64,000 bases of DNA from Octopus vulgaris (lineage: Eukaryota), in contig OX597814.1 in assembly GCA_951406725.2 (NCBI GenBank), positions 208,072,001-208,136,000 on the forward strand, given 5' to 3'. The position numbers and the translations under genes were made by a program. Under the pieces are notes generated by a model. It was given only the letters and a program-made list of their open reading frames with translations, did not search any database and had not been told where the DNA came from. Within the stretch, counting starts at the first letter, position 1; each line of letters begins with the position of its first letter. Shown in pieces: positions 47,160 to 60,535 of this stretch.

Positions 47160-47760
47160 CAATGGAATTTGTAGCTGTGATACCAGTGCCGGTGGCACAT
47201 GAGAGAGCCATCCAAACATGGCCGTTGCCAGTGCCACCCCGACTGGCCTCCGTGCTGGTGGTATGTAAAAGCACCATCCAATTGTGGCCACTTGCCAGCC
47301 CCATCTGGCCCCCGTGCAGGTGGTACGTAAAAAGCACCATCCAATTGTGGCCACTTGCCAGCCCCATCTGGCCCCCGTGCAGGTGGTACGTAAAAAGCAC
47401 CATCCAATTGTGGCCACTTGCCAGCCCCATCTGGCCCCCGTGCAGGTGGTATGTAAAAAAGCACCATCCGATTGTGGCCATTGCCAGCCCCGCCTGGCCC
47501 CCGTGCCGGTGGCACGTAAAAAAGCACCATCTGATCGTGGCCATTTGCCAACCTCGTCTGGCACCTGTGCAGGTGGCACGTAAAAAGCACCCACTACACT
47601 CATGGAGTGGTTGGCGTTAGGAAGGGCATCCTGCTGTAGAAACACTGCCAGATCAGACTGGGCCTGGCGCAGCCTCCATGGCTTGCCAGACCCCAGTTGA
47701 ACCGTCCAACCCATGCTAGCATGGAAAGCAGACGTTAAACGATGATGATGATGATGATGA
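47160..47760 (+). mobile_element. RTE 3'UTR fragment with tandem units
   Basis: GGTGG(C/T)ACGTAAAAAGCACCATCC units and a (GAT)n tail. Confidence 0.9.
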
Positions 47761-47963
47761 ATAAACAGTATCTTCTGTGAATCACTTACTGCTTATCACG
47801 TTTATCATTTAGTGCATATACTTTCAATGGTGTCTAAGTATACAGTACTAATTCCTACCATTGGTAACTTTGGTAACTTGGGTGATTGGCTAAAACAGAA
47901 ACTTTCGTTTCTGTTAGTATCTTTTAACAAGGGTTCACCGTTATATATTTAAGTTAAACTTAC

Positions 47964-48114
47964 ATTTTACTGTTTTGACGCTAAGCTCATTGGATGTAGT
48001 TTTAATTCCAGCATGAATTTCTTTGGAAATAGTAGCCAAGTCTTTGCATTCAGTATTGACACCAGTTGCTTTCAGAATCTCACACATCACAACAAAGAAG
48101 TGCTCAGTCTGAGG
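47964..48114 (-). CDS. Prosaposin-like exon (linker or degenerate SapB remnant)
   Basis: ttccag| PQTEHFFVVMCEILKATGVNTECKDLATISKEIHAGIKTTSNELSVKTVK-T |gtaagt. Its phase 0-to-1 change is required to join the flanking exons in frame. Confidence 0.85.
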
Positions 48115-48246
48115 CTGGAATTATAATTAAAAAAAAAAAATAAATAAAAAAAAAGGTCATTATTCCTAGCTGACTTTTTTGTAATAGGAGAAAAGGAATA
48201 AACACTGAATATGAATGTCAAGAATAGAAAACCTAACATAACTTAC

Positions 48247-48306
48247 CTTAAGTGTAAGTGCAGAAGCAGAGCAAAGATTTAAAGATGCACACATAGATTC
48301 GGAAGA
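48247..48306 (-). CDS. Prosaposin-like exon
   Basis: tttcag| SSESMCASLNLCSASALTLK |gtaagt; SapB end. Confidence 0.9.
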
Positions 48307-48688
48307 CTGAAAGAAAAGATTAAAATTAAAAATGATAGGATTACAGCAGAAACAAATTTAAAGGACTATATATATTCAGTATAAACAACTATTTAACTAA
48401 AAAATATTTATGTGCACACACAAATCAATTTCTTTTTTCAACACTATATGCCGTAAATTATTTCAATTCTACAGTTTATTTAGTGATATCAAATCGATGC
48501 TATTACTGCATTCAGATTTTCACAAGGTATAAAACAAAACTGAAGTGACATTTTGCTAATATATTGAAAGAATTGATACTGAAGTTATGTCTAGATTGGG
48601 TTTCTTTGTGAGATGAAATGGACTCAAAATTTAAAGCAACATCTTGCAGAGTTATTTATTTTCAAAATAATAATTTTGTTTTAATCAT

Positions 48689-49125
48689 ACTCCGACGTCT
48701 GGCAGCTGACTTGGCAGACACCCATAAAATTATTAACCATCTTACAAACAATAACTCTGAGCACCTTTTCAAACTCCACCCGTCTAACACCCGTGGACAT
48801 GTTTACAAAGTCAGAAAACAACACAGTTGTTTCTTTCGGAAACATTTTTTCACACTATGAGTTGCTGAAGCATGGAACAAACTGCCAACATCAGTTGTTA
48901 GTTGTCGGAGCACTGCATCCTTCAAAACTTCCATGCTTCCTGAGATTCGCCAACACTACACCTGATTTTCTCCCCTCCATACACCCGCAAGCATGTATCT
49001 GACTCATGCATTGTCCACTTTCCAGACATTTGTACATTACTGCATATTCTTTATACACACTTTTTGACAAGTTGTGGTGCACCTGAGCACTGTATACAAT
49101 AATTTCATTCTTCTTCTTATTATTA
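48689..49125 (+). mobile_element. CR1 3' fragment
   Basis: Matches 59026-59430. Further 3' fragments at 49440-49884(+), 51431-51775(+), 15745-15977(-), 44072-44507(-) and 62200-62385(-). Confidence 0.9.
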
Positions 49126-49439
49126 TAAGGTGTAGCATTGGTGAATTTCAGGAAGCATGGAAATTTTGAAGGATGTAGAGTCCTCATAGCTAACAACTGA
49201 TGTGAGTAGTTTATTCCATGCTCCAGCATGGCCGCAGTCAAATGACAAACAAGTAAAGAGAGGTGTTGTTTACTCAGTACCAGCATGGGTGCTTTTTACA
49301 TGACACTAGCAATCACAAGCCGGCAAAATTAGAAATGCTCAGCTATAAAATAATGGCTTAGATGTAAAACACAATTTGTTCTCTATTAATGTCAACTGTG
49401 CAGCCTGTGCTAAGACATGATGAAACATTTGTTTCATGT

Positions 49440-49884
49440 GGGCATGGACACATTGAAACTCCAACGTCTGGCAGCTGACCTGGCAGACAACCATAAAATT
49501 ATCAACCATCGCACAAACAATAACTCTGAGCACCTCTTCAAACTCCACCCATCTAACACCCGTGGACATATTTACAAAGTAAGAAAACAGCACAGCTCCC
49601 ATGACTTTAGGAAACATTTTTTCACGCTGAGATTTGCTGAAGCGTGGAACAAACTGCCGGCATCAGTTGTTAGTTGTCGGAGCACTGCATCCTTCAAGAC
49701 TTCCATGCTTCCTGAGATTCGCCAACACTACACTTGATTTTCTCCCCTCCATACACACACAAGCATGTTCACTTTCCAGAAATTTCTACATTACTGCATG
49801 TACTTTATATGCACTTTCTGACAAGTTGTGGTGCACCTGAGCACTGTATACAATAATTTCATTATTATTATTATTATTATTATT
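49440..49884 (+). mobile_element. CR1 3' fragment
   Basis: GMDTLKLQRLAADL...NTRGH...AWNKLP; ends ggtgcacctgagcactgtatacaat...(att)n. Confidence 0.9.
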
Positions 49885-50146
49885 ATATATTATATGTTTA
49901 AAAAAAAAAAACCTTAAACCTTTGAATCTGGGCAACTGATATACCACCTGCTATATCACTACATTAAATTGTATTTTAATTGGTATCCTATCTATACATA
50001 TATCCATAAATAAAGCAAGACTGATACCCTAAGTAGGCAATCATCCACTGTTTATTTCTTCTCAGTGTTGCTCAATGAAAATATATATTTATATATGATA
50101 GAAAAATTTTTTTGTGTTATGAATCACACAAAAATTTTAATTTTCA

Positions 50147-50530
50147 GGCGTAGGAGTGGCTGTGTGGTAAGTAGCTTGCTTACCAACTACATGGTTTCGG
50201 GTTCAGTCCCACTGCGTGGCACCTTGGGTAAGTGTCTTCTACTATAGCCTCAGGCTTACCAAAGCCTTGTGAGTGGATTTGGTAGACGGAAACTGAAAGA
50301 AGCCCGTTGTATATATGTATATATATGTGTGTGTATATGTTTGTCCCCCTAGCATTGCTTGACAACCGATGCTGTTGTGTTTATGTCTTCGTCACTTAGT
50401 GGTTCGGCAAAAGAGACCGATAGAATAAGTACTAGGCTTACAAAGAATAACTCCCGGGGTCGATTTGCTCAACTAAAAGGTGGTGCTCCAGCATGGCCAC
50501 AGTCAAATGACTGAAACAAGTAAAAGAGAA
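50147..50530 (+). mobile_element. SINE family A
   Basis: As above. Confidence 0.9.
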
Positions 50531-50715
50531 AAAGAGTTCAGTTGAAAATATCTGGGTAGCAATAAGATGTGAAAGCTTCTGGCTGCCAAAATGGTGATCT
50601 TCAGCTAAAAAGCTGGAAAAGACCTCAGATAAAGGAAACATGCTATAATTTAGTGTCAAAGCTAAAAGTTTAAAATATGTCCTGAAAGTAAAACAACCCA
50701 AGTCATTTTACTTAC

Positions 50716-50775
50716 CATTCCTTTCTTCAAATCATTGTAGATAGTTTGGCTGTATTTATCCACAGCTGCTTCACA
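50716..50775 (-). CDS. Prosaposin-like exon
   Basis: ttatag| CEAAVDKYSQTIYNDLKKGM |gtaagt. Confidence 0.9.
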
Positions 50776-51179
50776 CTATAAGAAATAAAATAAATGACAA
50801 CTGAAAAGACTTCTTCAAAAAAACAGACAATTCATAATTTACTACAGTACAAGCTCTACTAATGTAGTAGCTTAAAAGCTTTTAGTTATTCATGTTGTAA
50901 ACTTGCTGTTGTATATTGCTTTGTGGTTCTAAATGCTGGCAAGATGCCAAATAATATATGGATATTTTTAAATCGATGCCTTTTGCAACTGTTATCTTAG
51001 GATAATATTTTATTTTCCAAGTGAGAATCTGTGTTGGTTAAAAATTCATAGCTGATTTAGTCATCAATTGTAGAGTTACTGCTTTCAAGTCTTCCAAAGT
51101 TCCTGCAAAGTAAGGATCTAACCTTGGTTATGGTATTTTAAGCTGTTGCAAGCAATCAAAATGTGGTCACCTCATTTCA

Positions 51180-51430
51180 TCAGAGTAGGTCTTAGCTGAG
51201 TATTTGAACATACTCAAAGTTCTGACCCTGTAGATTACTAAATATGATCTGAATGAGGTTAAGACTCTTCACCAGCATACATTTCAAAGCATGTACAAGA
51301 TTATTTGAAGATAAAACTTCCACTGTTTGTCTCCAAGGAAGTCTGGCCTTCTAGCTTACTAGATCCAAATCCATGTAACTTTTGGATATTGAATGAAATT
51401 GAGAACAAGTACAATGCAACATTTCACAGC
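51180..51430 (+). mobile_element. Decayed Tc1/mariner transposase fragment
   Basis: FVSKEVWPSSLLDPNPCNFWILNEIE resembles WPPSSPDLNPLDY.IW. Confidence 0.55.
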
Positions 51431-52136
51431 CGTGTCCAACACACGTGGACATGCCTACAAAGTCAGAAAACAGCACAGCTCCCATGACTTTCGGAAACAT
51501 TTTTTCACGCTCAGAGTTGCTGAAGCATGGAACAAACTGCTTGCGTCAGTTGTTGACTGCCATGACACTGCATCCTTTAAGGCCCTCATGCTTTCCGAAA
51601 TCCGCCGAAACTACACCTGATCATCCCCCTTCCATACTCATACACATATGTGTATGTCATGACTCATGCACTGTTCTTTTCCTGACGTTTGTACATTACC
51701 CTATGTACTATACATACACTTTAGATGAGTTGTAGTGCACCTGAGCACTGTACACAATGTTTTATTATTATTATATTACTATGTTGAACACTACCGTTAA
51801 GGAAGGCAAACAGGTCTATCAGTAAAACTGAGACAAAAAGAGAATGCTCAGTCACATCGGTATTCAAATGATTATAACTGTTAATGGTGTTAATGCAACT
51901 AAGCATTGTATACATTAAGATCATTATTAGTAAAACCATACCAACAAGTTGAATGCCAACATTCAAACAAAAAGAGCCCCTAAAGGAATTTTTACAAAGT
52001 CACTTGAACGTAGTTCAGCAGCAGCTTCTCTTTCAAACAATCTTCCTTCAATGAAATGCCTATGTTGAAAGTTTTAAATCTTGGGACAATATGCCCAGAT
52101 TAAAAATGAAAAGTTAAAACTTGAAATGTTTATTAA

Positions 52137-52347
52137 CCCTTTAGTGTTTAAACCGGCCCAATATGTTATACATGTTTTATATTCAAACTGGCGATATCCA
52201 GCCTCTCACACCTAACCTACAGTGACATTCTAAAAATAAACATTCGCATCATTGAAACCTCAAAGCTATAAGATAATGCATGATTAATTCAAAACAATTT
52301 GAGTGAAAAAGTATTACATTTAGCAGAATAATCTGAACACTAAAGGG
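52137..52347. mobile_element. piggyBac-type MITE
   Basis: TTAA flanks; same TIRs and body as 44272-44475. Confidence 0.9.
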
Positions 52348-52435
52348 TTAAATGCTAATATGTTATCAGCTGCTTACAAGTTAGTCAGAATATAAAAATA
52401 AAATGTTAATGCAAATGAATGTAAAATGAACTTAC

Positions 52436-52602
52436 TATTACTGTATACTGACCACCTTTTTCACATAAATTATACATGTATTCTTTAAAGTTATTTTCAG
52501 TGATGTCAGAGTGGGCATGCAGATATCCAGCAGCTTTATCAACAATTTTGGTGCAGTAAGAGCATCCAGGATCATCGGATTTTGCAGCAATGTTTACAGT
52601 TC
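52436..52602 (-). CDS. Prosaposin-like exon
   Basis: tcaaag| (G)TVNIAAKSDDPGCSYCTKIVDKAAGYL...YMYNLCEKGGQYTVI |gtaagt; phase 1 in, phase 0 out. Confidence 0.88.
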
Positions 52603-52985
52603 CTTTGAATTAGAAAAGGAAAACTAATTTTATAATAAATTCCTAAAAGTATAAATGTTCAGGTTATATCTGGATTTTGCTTAACTGCAGACTTCGAAAT
52701 AGGTCAAGTCATACCTATGTCCTCTTCTCCTAATCAATGTTTAAAATCTCACAACATACATGCTATTTTCACATGCTATTTTCAATACAAAACATAGATC
52801 TCAACATAAATGACAGTTTTTGTATTTGGCCTAAATTGTGTACAAGTGCCTACTCTTTAGGACACATCTTCAAGAATGAGAGCAACATATCAAGACTGGT
52901 CAGCAATTACTCTCACTCTTCTAAACAAAGTTAACATTCAAATTAGCTTTGCAGAATATGCTTGAATTAAACCACATCTCATTAA

Positions 52986-53197
52986 CCCTTTCGTTACTGT
53001 ATTTATTTTGAGATGCTCTGTGTTTCTTTCAATTACTTTAAATATAACAAAGAATTTAGTAAAATAATTTAGTTGTCATTAAGCTAGTGTTAGGAACATA
53101 AATTGTGATTAAGGTTTAATGGAATTCAAAACTTATGAAAACAAGACATTTGTACTCAGAGCCAGAGCCAGTTTCAGCCGGGTTGGTAACGAAAGGG
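52986..53197. mobile_element. Second piggyBac-type MITE family
   Basis: TTAA|CCCTTTCGTTAC...GTAACGAAAGGG|TTAA. Confidence 0.9.
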
Positions 53198-53398
53198 TTA
53201 AACCAAAAGATACCCAATGAAGTGTGCAGCGTGACTTCAAAGAAACTAAGTACATCTCAAAAACAGAGAGCATAATGATTAGAATACAGGTGCTACCTGT
53301 AAACACAGACTCAGAAGGCCCTCACTACTAGCAACATGTGGAATGCACTAAAAATGTTATCAGATATATCAAATAAATTAGATAAATGAATGTTTTAC

Positions 53399-53561
53399 CT
53401 GTGCAAACATTAAGTGATGAACACAAAATATCAGGATTTAGTTCTTTGACAAGAAGAAATATTATACCCTCAGTATATTTGTCAATAAAACTCTTACAAG
53501 ATTTACTGTATGAATTAGGTAATATGCTACATAGTTTATCAAGCACCGCAGCAATTTCTTT
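53399..53561 (-). CDS. Prosaposin-like exon
   Basis: tttcag| KEIAAVLDKLCSILPNSYSKSCKSFIDKYTEGIIFLLVKELNPDILCSSLNVCT-G |gtaaaa; classic SapB second half. Confidence 0.95.
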
Positions 53562-54904
53562 CTGAAATAAGAGAAAATTAAAAAATAACAACATCAATAA
53601 CAAAATGCTTAAATTCCATTTTGACAACTAATTAGAAAAATATATCAATGTACTTTTCTTTTTAAAACGGTTGCAACTGAGACGTATTTAACAACACTGT
53701 TCTAGGATTCGCTATCATCCATTTGCTTTGCAAGGTTCTTAATTTCAGGTGTGCGTGCCAATAACAATGTAGTTAAATGGTTGCCATCCTCTATTAAGCT
53801 GCAAATGTGAAAATATGTCTGGTATGGTCAGGTGTTCAATACAACAGCAGTAAGGCCAGTAAGGCCTAGCTTATACTGAGCAACAATAGTAGAGATGAGC
53901 AGAATTCACCCATAAAGATTTCAGCTCATCCTATGAAATGCTATGAACCCTACAAATGAATTGAAATCTCACCTCTAGCTTTAAAACAAATCTGCTCTGT
54001 TCCATAACAGAATTTCCCCTCATATAAACCCCATCCAACTGAGTAACAGTTTTGTGATAATTTTGCAGCTTTAATAAAAGTATGTATAAGGTGAATACTT
54101 GGAACCTGCAATTAGCATGGATCTGGAGTCTTAAGTGCAGCGTGTTCCTCGGTACAGCCTTGTGGATCATTATATATTCAGTTAGGTGCATGTGATCATA
54201 TATGCAACTGGAATGTTAGCCAGTTTGTACTTCAGAATGTACATATATGTTCCTCTTATTTTGTTTTGTACAAAATTGCCATTTCTTTGATAAAAATTTG
54301 GTGCTTTATTATTTAGGTACCTGATTCCCTTGATATATATTTCTTTAGCGCCGGCCGATGCCAGCGCCACCCCGACTGGCCTCTGTGCCGGTGGCACATA
54401 AAAAGCACCATCCGAATGTGGCTGTTGCCAGTGCCGCCTTGGCTGGCTTCCGTGCCGGTGGCACGTTAAAAGCTCCAACCGATCGTGGCCGATGCCGGAC
54501 CCCCCTGGCACCTGTGCAGGTGGCACGTAAAAAGCACCCACTACACTTGCGTAGTGGTTGGCGTTAGGAAGGGCATCCAGCTGTAGAAACTCTGCCAGAA
54601 CAGACTGGAGCCTGGTGCAGCCCCTGGCTTCCCAGACCCCGGTCGAACCGTCCAACCCATGCTAGCGCGGAAAACGGACGTTAAACGATGATGATGATGG
54701 AGCTAAACACAGAGGGGACAAACCAGGACAGACAAAGGGCTTAAGACGGTTACATCGACCCCAGTGCGTAACTGGCACTTAATTAATCGACCCCGTAAGG
54801 ATGAAAGGCAAAGTCGACCTCAGCGAAATTTGAACTCAGAACGTAACGGCAGCCGAAATACCGCTAAGCATTTCACCCGACGTGCTAACGATTCTGCCAA
54901 CTCG

Positions 54905-54949
<45 letters not shown>

Positions 54950-55105
54950 CATCTGTACATATGTCTGCCTGCATCATCAAAGCAATTCACTGCTATCATT
55001 TGACTGCCAACTTGCAATTGGTGTCACCTGGTCAGAAAACTCAAGTGCAGATACATATACTTTATTACAGAAAGGATTAAAGGTAATAAAACTAAAATGT
55101 CATAC

Positions 55106-55336
55106 CTCTATATTGTCTTGCTCCAGCAGATTTTCCAAACCTTTTATAAGCTCTTTGCATATCAGACATTCTTCACTGTCTTTAGCTGTAGGTTTCTCAG
55201 GGAGTACAAGACCAACACGTAGAAATGGTAATTTACGTGCAGGCAACAAAGTGGCCATTATCATTGAAGATGTTTTAGCTACTACTGAATCCTCTTTTGT
55301 ACACATACCAACAGCAGTACACCCAGCAACAGGGTC
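55106..55336 (-). CDS. Prosaposin-like exon
   Basis: aattag| DPVAGCTAVGMC...KDSEECLICKELIKGLENLLEQDNIE |gtatga; closes one SapB domain and opens the next. Confidence 0.92.
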
Positions 55337-55806
55337 CTAATTAATAGAAAGTGCTTATATTATTAAAAAAAGAAAATTTTTTTTTAATACTAAAACAAAA
55401 AAACAAATACAGCATTCAAAGTAGAAAAACAAATATATAGGTGCCAGTGTGGCTGAGAAGTTTGATCCTCAACCATGTGGTCTTGGGTTCAGCCCCACTG
55501 CACAGCACCTTGGGCCAGTATTTACTTCAGCTCTGGGGTGACCAAAGCCTTGCGAGTGGATTTCGTACATGGAAATTGAAAGAAGCCTGCCATATGTGCC
55601 TGCGTGTGTTGTATTTGTCCCCACCACCACCACCACTGCCTGGCAGCCTGTGTTGTTAGTTTATGCCCTCGTAAGTTAGTGGTTCAGCAGAAAAGGGACC
55701 AATAGTTTAAGTAACAGACTGAGAAGTAAGTACTGGGGTTGATCTATTGAAACTAAACCCTTCAAAAGGTGACATAGCCACAGTTCAATAGTTGAAACAA
55801 ACGATA

Positions 55807-56197
55807 GGCGCAGGAGTGGCTGTGTGGTAAGTAGCTTGCTAACCAACCACATGGTTCCGGGTTCAGTCCCACTGCGTGGCATCTTGGGCAAGTGTCTTCT
55901 GCTATAGCCCCGGGCCGACCAATGCCTTGTGAGTGGATATGGTAGACGGAAACTGAAAGAAGCCTGTCGTATATATGTATATATATATATATATATGTGT
56001 GTGTTTGTGTTTGTCCCCCTAGCATTGCTTCACAACCGATGCTGGTGTGTTTATGTCCCCGTCACTTAGCGGTTCGGCAAAAGAGACCGATAGAATAAGC
56101 ACTGGGCTTACAAAGAATAAGTCCCGGGATCGATTTGCTCGATTAGAGGTGGTGCTTCAGCATGGCCGCAGTCAAATGACTGAAACAAGTAAAAGAG
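55807..56197 (+). mobile_element. SINE family A (preceded by an older diverged relative at about 55436-55800)
   Basis: As above. Confidence 0.9.
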
Positions 56198-56952
56198 ATA
56201 AAAGATGACTGTATTCCAGTTATTGAAGTCTTAACATTTATCCCCTGGCTCTAATAGATTCTATTACTCTTCATGATGACCATCATCAGTTAACGTTTCT
56301 CCATGCTGGTATGGGTTGGACGGTTTGACAGAAGCTGGAGAGCTGCTTGAGCTCCAATTGTCTGTTTTGGCATGGTTTCTACAGCTGGAGGCCTTTCCTT
56401 GCACTACAGGCACGGGTGCTTTTATGTGGCACCAGCATGAGTGCAACCAATGTGGAACCAGCCCAAGTGCATCTTGCAGAGCATGGCACATGTGCATCTT
56501 ACATCTCACTGGCACAAGTGCCTATTGCAGGGCACTGACATAAGTGCATTTTACATATCACCAGCAGAAGCACATTTCATGTGACACTGGCAAAAGTGCA
56601 TTGTTGAAATACTAAGGGCTGTTTTGACTAGTTTTATTCTACTTTGTTGGTTTCCATATTGACCTTTAAGTACTGCATACACATTCATTTGATAGCATTT
56701 CAAATTATATGAAAGCACATATACTGATCAATATTTAACTGCTAATAAATCCTTAAAAATGTTTTAGCCCAAAGGCCGTGGCCATGCTGAGGCACCACCG
56801 CTGATGTAAATACAATGTGCAAAAAAATTCTTCATATTTCCGTAAATTAATTGGGAAGTTGTGGCAAGAATGATAACCTTGAAACTAAAGAAATTAACTT
56901 TGATCTTTTCTGTTTTCCTTCAAAGGAAATGTGCTATTCTCTTTCTCTTTTC

Positions 56953-57353
56953 TCTTTTACTTGTTTCAGTCATTTGACTGCGGCCATGCTGGAGCACCGC
57001 CTTTTTTTTTAGTCGAGCAAATCGACCCCGGGACTTATTCTTTGTAAGCCCAGTACTTATTCTATCGGTTTCTCTTTTGCCGAACCGCTAAGTGACGGGG
57101 ACGTAAACACACCAGCATCGGTTGTCAAGCAATGCTAGGGGGACAAACACAGACACACAAACACATATATATATATATATATACATATATACGACGGGCT
57201 TCTTTCAGTTTCCGTCTACCAAATCCACTCACAAGGCATTGGTCGGCCCGGGGCTATAGCAGAAGACACTTGCCCAAGATGCCACGCAGTGGGACTGAAC
57301 CCGGAACCATGTGGTTGGTTAGCAAGCTACTTACCACACAGCCACTCCTGCGC
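56953..57353 (-). mobile_element. SINE family A
   Basis: As above. Confidence 0.9.
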
Positions 57354-57459
57354 TATGATATCTTTTATTTTACTTATTTCATTCATTTGACTGTGGTCAC
57401 ACAGACATATACACGTACATATACACACACACATACATACACGCACACATATACACACG

Positions 57460-57765
57460 ATGGTTAGGGCATTGGGCTCACAATCATGAGGTAATGAGTG
57501 ATTCCTGGACCAGGTTGTGTGATGTGTTCTTGAGCAAGACACTTTATTCCACATAACTCCAGTTCACTTAGCTGTAGAAATGAGTTGTGATGTCACTGGT
57601 GCCAAGCTGTATCAGACTTTACCTTTCCCATGGATAACAGTGGTATGGAGAGGGAAAGCTGGTATGCATGGGCAGCTGTTGGTCTTCCATAAACAACCTT
57701 GCCTGGACTTTTGCCTCTGAAGGTAACTTTCTAGATACAAACCCATGGTCATTCATGACCCATGG
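57460..57765 (+). mobile_element. Older tRNA/CORE-type SINE family F
   Basis: tggttagggc...gattcctgg...cttgagcaagacact; relatives at about 12475-12745(-) and 5334-5440(-). Confidence 0.7.
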
Positions 57766-58069
57766 CATGGAGAGAAGAGTGATGTGCATGCTCATTCATG
57801 ACTCAAGAGGGTCTTTACCCTTTTACATTGCATGCTTAGAATATCAAAGGACATCTAATCTGTCATATCAAAATCAATGAATAATGTTTAAAAATTTATC
57901 TCAAGTTCATTAGACCAGTTTAGCAATAAACATCACATCAAAATTTGAAGAATAATTTCAAAAGAGGAGATGACTCAAATTTCACGCACATAATAAAATT
58001 AATATGTTTCTATTGTATTTAAATGTCAAAAATTGTTATCAGAAAACATTTGTATTCCTGTAGACTTAC

Positions 58070-58129
58070 CAAAAGACTTTCAATTGATTTTATAATCAAG
58101 GGTTTGTATTCCATAACAAGCTGCAAACA
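58070..58129 (-). CDS. Prosaposin-like exon
   Basis: ctctag| CLQLVMEYKPLIIKSIESLL |gtaagt; SapB Cys4 with YxP motif. Confidence 0.9.
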
Positions 58130-58860
58130 CTAGAGAAAGTGAAAAGAACATACAAAATATTGAAAAAAATTTATCCAAAAATATACCATTACAAACAGTA
58201 GAATTTAATTAAAAGAACATTGAAAACTAAAAATTAGATTTACAAGTTCAAAATTCCTATAGATGTAAATTTCAGAGTAATTGAAACGTAATAGTATAAT
58301 TCATATTCGACTAATTTTAAATGCTAAATAGCTTATTGAAAAGCAACAACCACATGTGCATACAAACAAACTTAGATTTGTTTTTTTAGAAGTGTTGAAT
58401 GTATATTGCATGATACAGAGAAGGAAGTGATATTTTTTAACACAGTATTGCTGATAAAACAGCAATAAACCCAATTTTTTATTGGTGATACTGCATTCAA
58501 AAATCTTACTTTGTATCGTATGGTACACATTTGATGCTTCTAAAGAAAAAAGTTTGTTTATATACATATGAGAGAGAGAGAGAGAGAGCAGATATATTGT
58601 AAATCCTATTTACAAATGTTATCTTATTTCCAGATAATTTCATATCGAAGTTTATTACAAATAAACTGCAGAACAAGTGGAATATACTTTGAGCCAAACT
58701 CAAAATATAACCTTGTAATTAAACTGCTGAGAAAATTCACTGATCCATACTAGTTAGTATTTAATACTAAATCATACCCTACTTTCAAGCTATCAAATTA
58801 AAAGATATCTACTAGGTGAAGGAAAAATATTACAAATATGATATGAATAAATTGACTTAC

Positions 58861-58923
58861 AGATGATTTCATATCTCCAAGTCTTGAGCAAACTTCATTG
58901 CTGATAAAATCTGTGATTTGTTG
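58861..58923 (-). CDS. Prosaposin-like exon
   Basis: tattag| QQITDFISNEVCSRLGDMKSS |gtaagt; SapB Cys3. Confidence 0.9.
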
Positions 58924-59025
58924 CTAATAATAAAACAAAAACAATAAAAAGTTTTTGATAAAGTAGGAAAATGAGCAACAATCAATGAAAAGGTCTCAAA
59001 AATAACTATCTTAATAAACATTTTA

Positions 59026-60110
59026 AATAATGAAATTATTGTATACAGTGCTCAGGTGCACCACAACTTGTCAGAGTATATGCAGTAATGTACAAATGTC
59101 TGGAAAGCGAACAATGCATGAGTCAGATACATGCTTGTATGTGTATGGAGGGGAGAAAATCAAGTGTAGTGTTGGCGAATCTCAGAAAGCATGGAAGTTT
59201 TGAAGGATGCAGTGCTCCGACAACTAACAACTGATGCCGGCAGTTTGTTCCATGCTTCAGCAACTCTCAGCGTGAAAAAAGGTTTCCGAAAGAAACAGCT
59301 GTGCTGTTTTCTGACTTTGTAAATATGTCCACGGGTGTTAGACAGGTGGAGTTTGAAAAGGTGCTCAGAGTTATTGTTTGTACGATGGTTGATAATTTTA
59401 TGGGTGTCTGCCAAGTCAGCTGCCAGACGTCGGAGTTTCAATGTATCCATGCCCAGGGAAGCAAGGCGTTCAGGATATGGCAAATGCCTGATGGAGGGTA
59501 TTCTTTTGGTTGCACGTCGCTGAACGGCTTCCAGACGATTGATATCCTGGGCAAGATAGGGGTTCCAGACCGGTGATGCAAATTCCAGGTGAGGTCTTAC
59601 CATAGCTATATAAAGCCGCAGATAGATAGTTGGAGAGTTGCTCACAAAGGATTTGGTGAGTGATGCCAAGACACCCTCAGCCTTCTTGACAATTTTAGCG
59701 ATGTGTTTTGTCCAACGCAAATCACTGTCGACAATAACACCCAGGTCACGTTCACATGAAGACTTTTTGAGAATAGTGTTGTGGGGGGAGTAGGTGGATG
59801 CTGGGTTTCTCCTCCCAAAATGCATGGTGGTACATTTGTCCACAGCCAGCTTGAGTTGCCAGTCCATGATCCACTGCTGCATTGTGTCCAGGTCTGCTTG
59901 CAATAGAGATCGATAGTGTACTGGATCTGACCTCTTTATTTCGAGGTACAGCTTGATGTCATCTGCATATTTCAGCACTGCGGCATTCTTTAACATTCTA
60001 TGTCATTAACATATGCAACAAATAAAAGGGGGGCCAAGAACAGATCCCTGCGGCACACCAGATGTCATCTCATAGGGCAAAGAGTGCTGTCCTAGAACTG
60101 TGACAACCTC
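59026..60110 (-). mobile_element. 5'-truncated CR1-clade LINE (RT C-terminus plus 3'UTR)
   Basis: SGVPQGSVLGP, KYADDIKLY, ERDLGV, VRPHLEFASPVWNP, LEAVQRRATK and NTRGH; frameshifts near 60000; (ATT)n tail. Confidence 0.93.
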
Positions 60111-60535
60111 TTTTTTAAGTCTATTTCTATTAAGCTCAAATACCTTCCACATCCTCAAATTAAAATTGGCACTACTGACAATGAGTTAAATCATTTGGCC
60201 ATAAACAGAATGAATTTAGCAACAATAAATAACTGTTTAATTCTATTTTAAGAGATACTACTTTTAACTGAACTAACCTAAAATTAGTGGTATTTATTTA
60301 CTAACCCAAAGGGATTAAAGGTAGATCGGAGACTGGTTAAATTTAAACTCAGATTGTAGAGAGCTGAAAAAAAATTCTATGTCATTTAATCAGGTGTTCT
60401 ACAGTAAACTGAAAATTTCCACTATGCCAAATGAAAAACTTATTTCAAAAAAGAATGCAATACTTTTTGACTACTTTCATTACAATATTCATTGAAGTTC
60501 TGGAAATGATTGACAATTAGTCACACTAAAATGAA

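Noticed and set aside
46701-47714. 337-aa ORF with internal repeats
   Set aside because: Antisense read-through of the RTE 3'UTR array; similar chance ORFs occur at every copy.
59160-59996. 278-aa RT ORF as an active or domesticated gene
   Set aside because: 5'-truncated CR1 with frameshifts immediately upstream and no endonuclease.
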